From an uncultured Eubacteriales bacterium (GTDB taxonomy: Bacteria > Bacillota > Clostridia > Oscillospirales > Acutalibacteraceae), in NCBI GenBank assembly GCA_900315785.1, contig ONAL01000010.1:4437-68436 (forward strand): a stretch of 64,000 bases of DNA. The letters are read 5' to 3'. Numbering within the stretch: the first letter of the stretch is position 1; each line of letters begins with the position of its first letter. A program made the position numbers and the translations under genes. Shown one piece after another: positions 63,537-64,000 of this stretch. Below the pieces are notes generated by a model. It was not told where the DNA came from and ran no database searches. It worked only from the letters and a program-made list of their open reading frames with translations.

Positions 63537-64000
63537 TTTTTGAGTATCTCCTCAACAAGTCCGAGAATCTGCTCGGACGAATTGCCCTTGCAGGCTTTTT
63601 TGCAGTTTTCGGTCATCTGATTCAGCTTGCTGTCGTAGTTGATAAGCGCAGAAACCGTCTCGCCCGGGTTCTTGCCGAGCATAATCGCAAGACCGCTCTC
63701 GACGAGGTAATCCGCGTTGTCCTTTTCCTGTCCAGGGAAAGCCGAATAAATCGCCATCGGCAGACCGCACTGAATGCTCTCGCTGACGGTGAGACCGCCC
63801 GGCTTGGTAATAATCAGGTCGGAGCAGTGCATATAATCCTCTACGTTGTCAACGAACATCAAAAGCTTCGTGCGGTTGTTGACATAGCCCTTGAACTTCT
63901 CGTAGAGCTTCTGATTGTTGCCCGTGATAACGATGAACTGGCTGTTTGTCGCCTTGTCGGCGATGTCTCTGTAGATGTCGAGAACGTCGGTCACGCCGAA
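63533..64000 (-). CDS. MGDG synthase / diacylglycerol glycosyltransferase (GT28 C-terminal domain); 5' part outside the window
   Basis: ITKPGGLTVSE and PGQEKDNADYL motifs; frame open to the right edge. Confidence 0.8.
   Translation of the reverse strand, partial: FGVTDVLDIYRDIADKATNSQFIVITGNNQKLYEKFKGYVNNRTKLLMFVDNVEDYMHCSDLIITKPGGLTVSESIQCGLPMAIYSAFPGQEKDNADYLVESGLAIMLGKNPGETVSALINYDSKLNQMTENCKKACKGNSSEQILGLVEEILKK

Noticed and set aside
1-64000. Search by eye for rRNA, tRNA, CRISPR arrays, IS elements, integrases, prophage genes and toxin-antitoxin pairs
   Set aside because: None was found. Intergenic spacers are short or are explained by promoters and terminators. The only repeats seen are the 15-nt linker repeat, the rpsI-end copies and the TTGCACAA motifs. 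A proper tRNAscan, Infernal or CRISPR finder run was not possible.

Overview
64-kb chromosomal segment of a spore-forming Clostridia, probably Oscillospiraceae/Ruminococcus-like (spoIIE, fabK-type fatty-acid cluster, dockerin-bearing amylase). Coding DNA is visibly GC-rich at third codon positions and spacers are AT-rich. I count about 55 protein genes and saw no rRNA, tRNA, CRISPR array, IS element or integrase. Core content: aroA-aroC-pheA; murA; MBL hydrolase-rlmH-rqcH; Na/Pi-PhoU transporter; PBP1A-hom-lysC; fabK-fabD-fabG-fabF-accB-fabZ-accC-accD-accA; mreB; recD2-comFC; rlmD; murC; glucokinase; rplM-rpsI; murE; a maltodextrin-type ABC importer with GH13 and ogt; spoIIE; and a UPF0104/serpin/MGDG-synthase cluster. 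Points worth a second look: (1) An AT-rich islet of about 1.6 kb sits directly after rpsI. It is bracketed by three decaying collinear copies of the rpsI 3' end plus terminator. It carries a consensus promoter and a two-gene operon (minimal Pol-beta-fold nucleotidyltransferase plus zinc-ribbon/2-TM protein). This is my best candidate for an undescribed conflict or signalling module. (2) Two paralogous ORFs of about 40 aa, below the ORF-track cutoff, follow a surface carbohydrate-binding protein and share a conserved leader-like N-terminus. (3) Five single-base frame disruptions are confined to three accessory genes (AGCS symporter x2, dockerin amylase x2, surface protein x1). Relics of a sigma/anti-sigma pair and of a TraX gene are also present. 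(4) A GGTAAATTGCACAA-type motif is repeated upstream of the ABC operon. (5) An AsnB homologue lacking the glutaminase nucleophile has its own consensus promoter. (6) A lipoprotein serpin has an atypical reactive-centre loop. All functional calls come from my own reading of translated motifs; no database search or computation was run.
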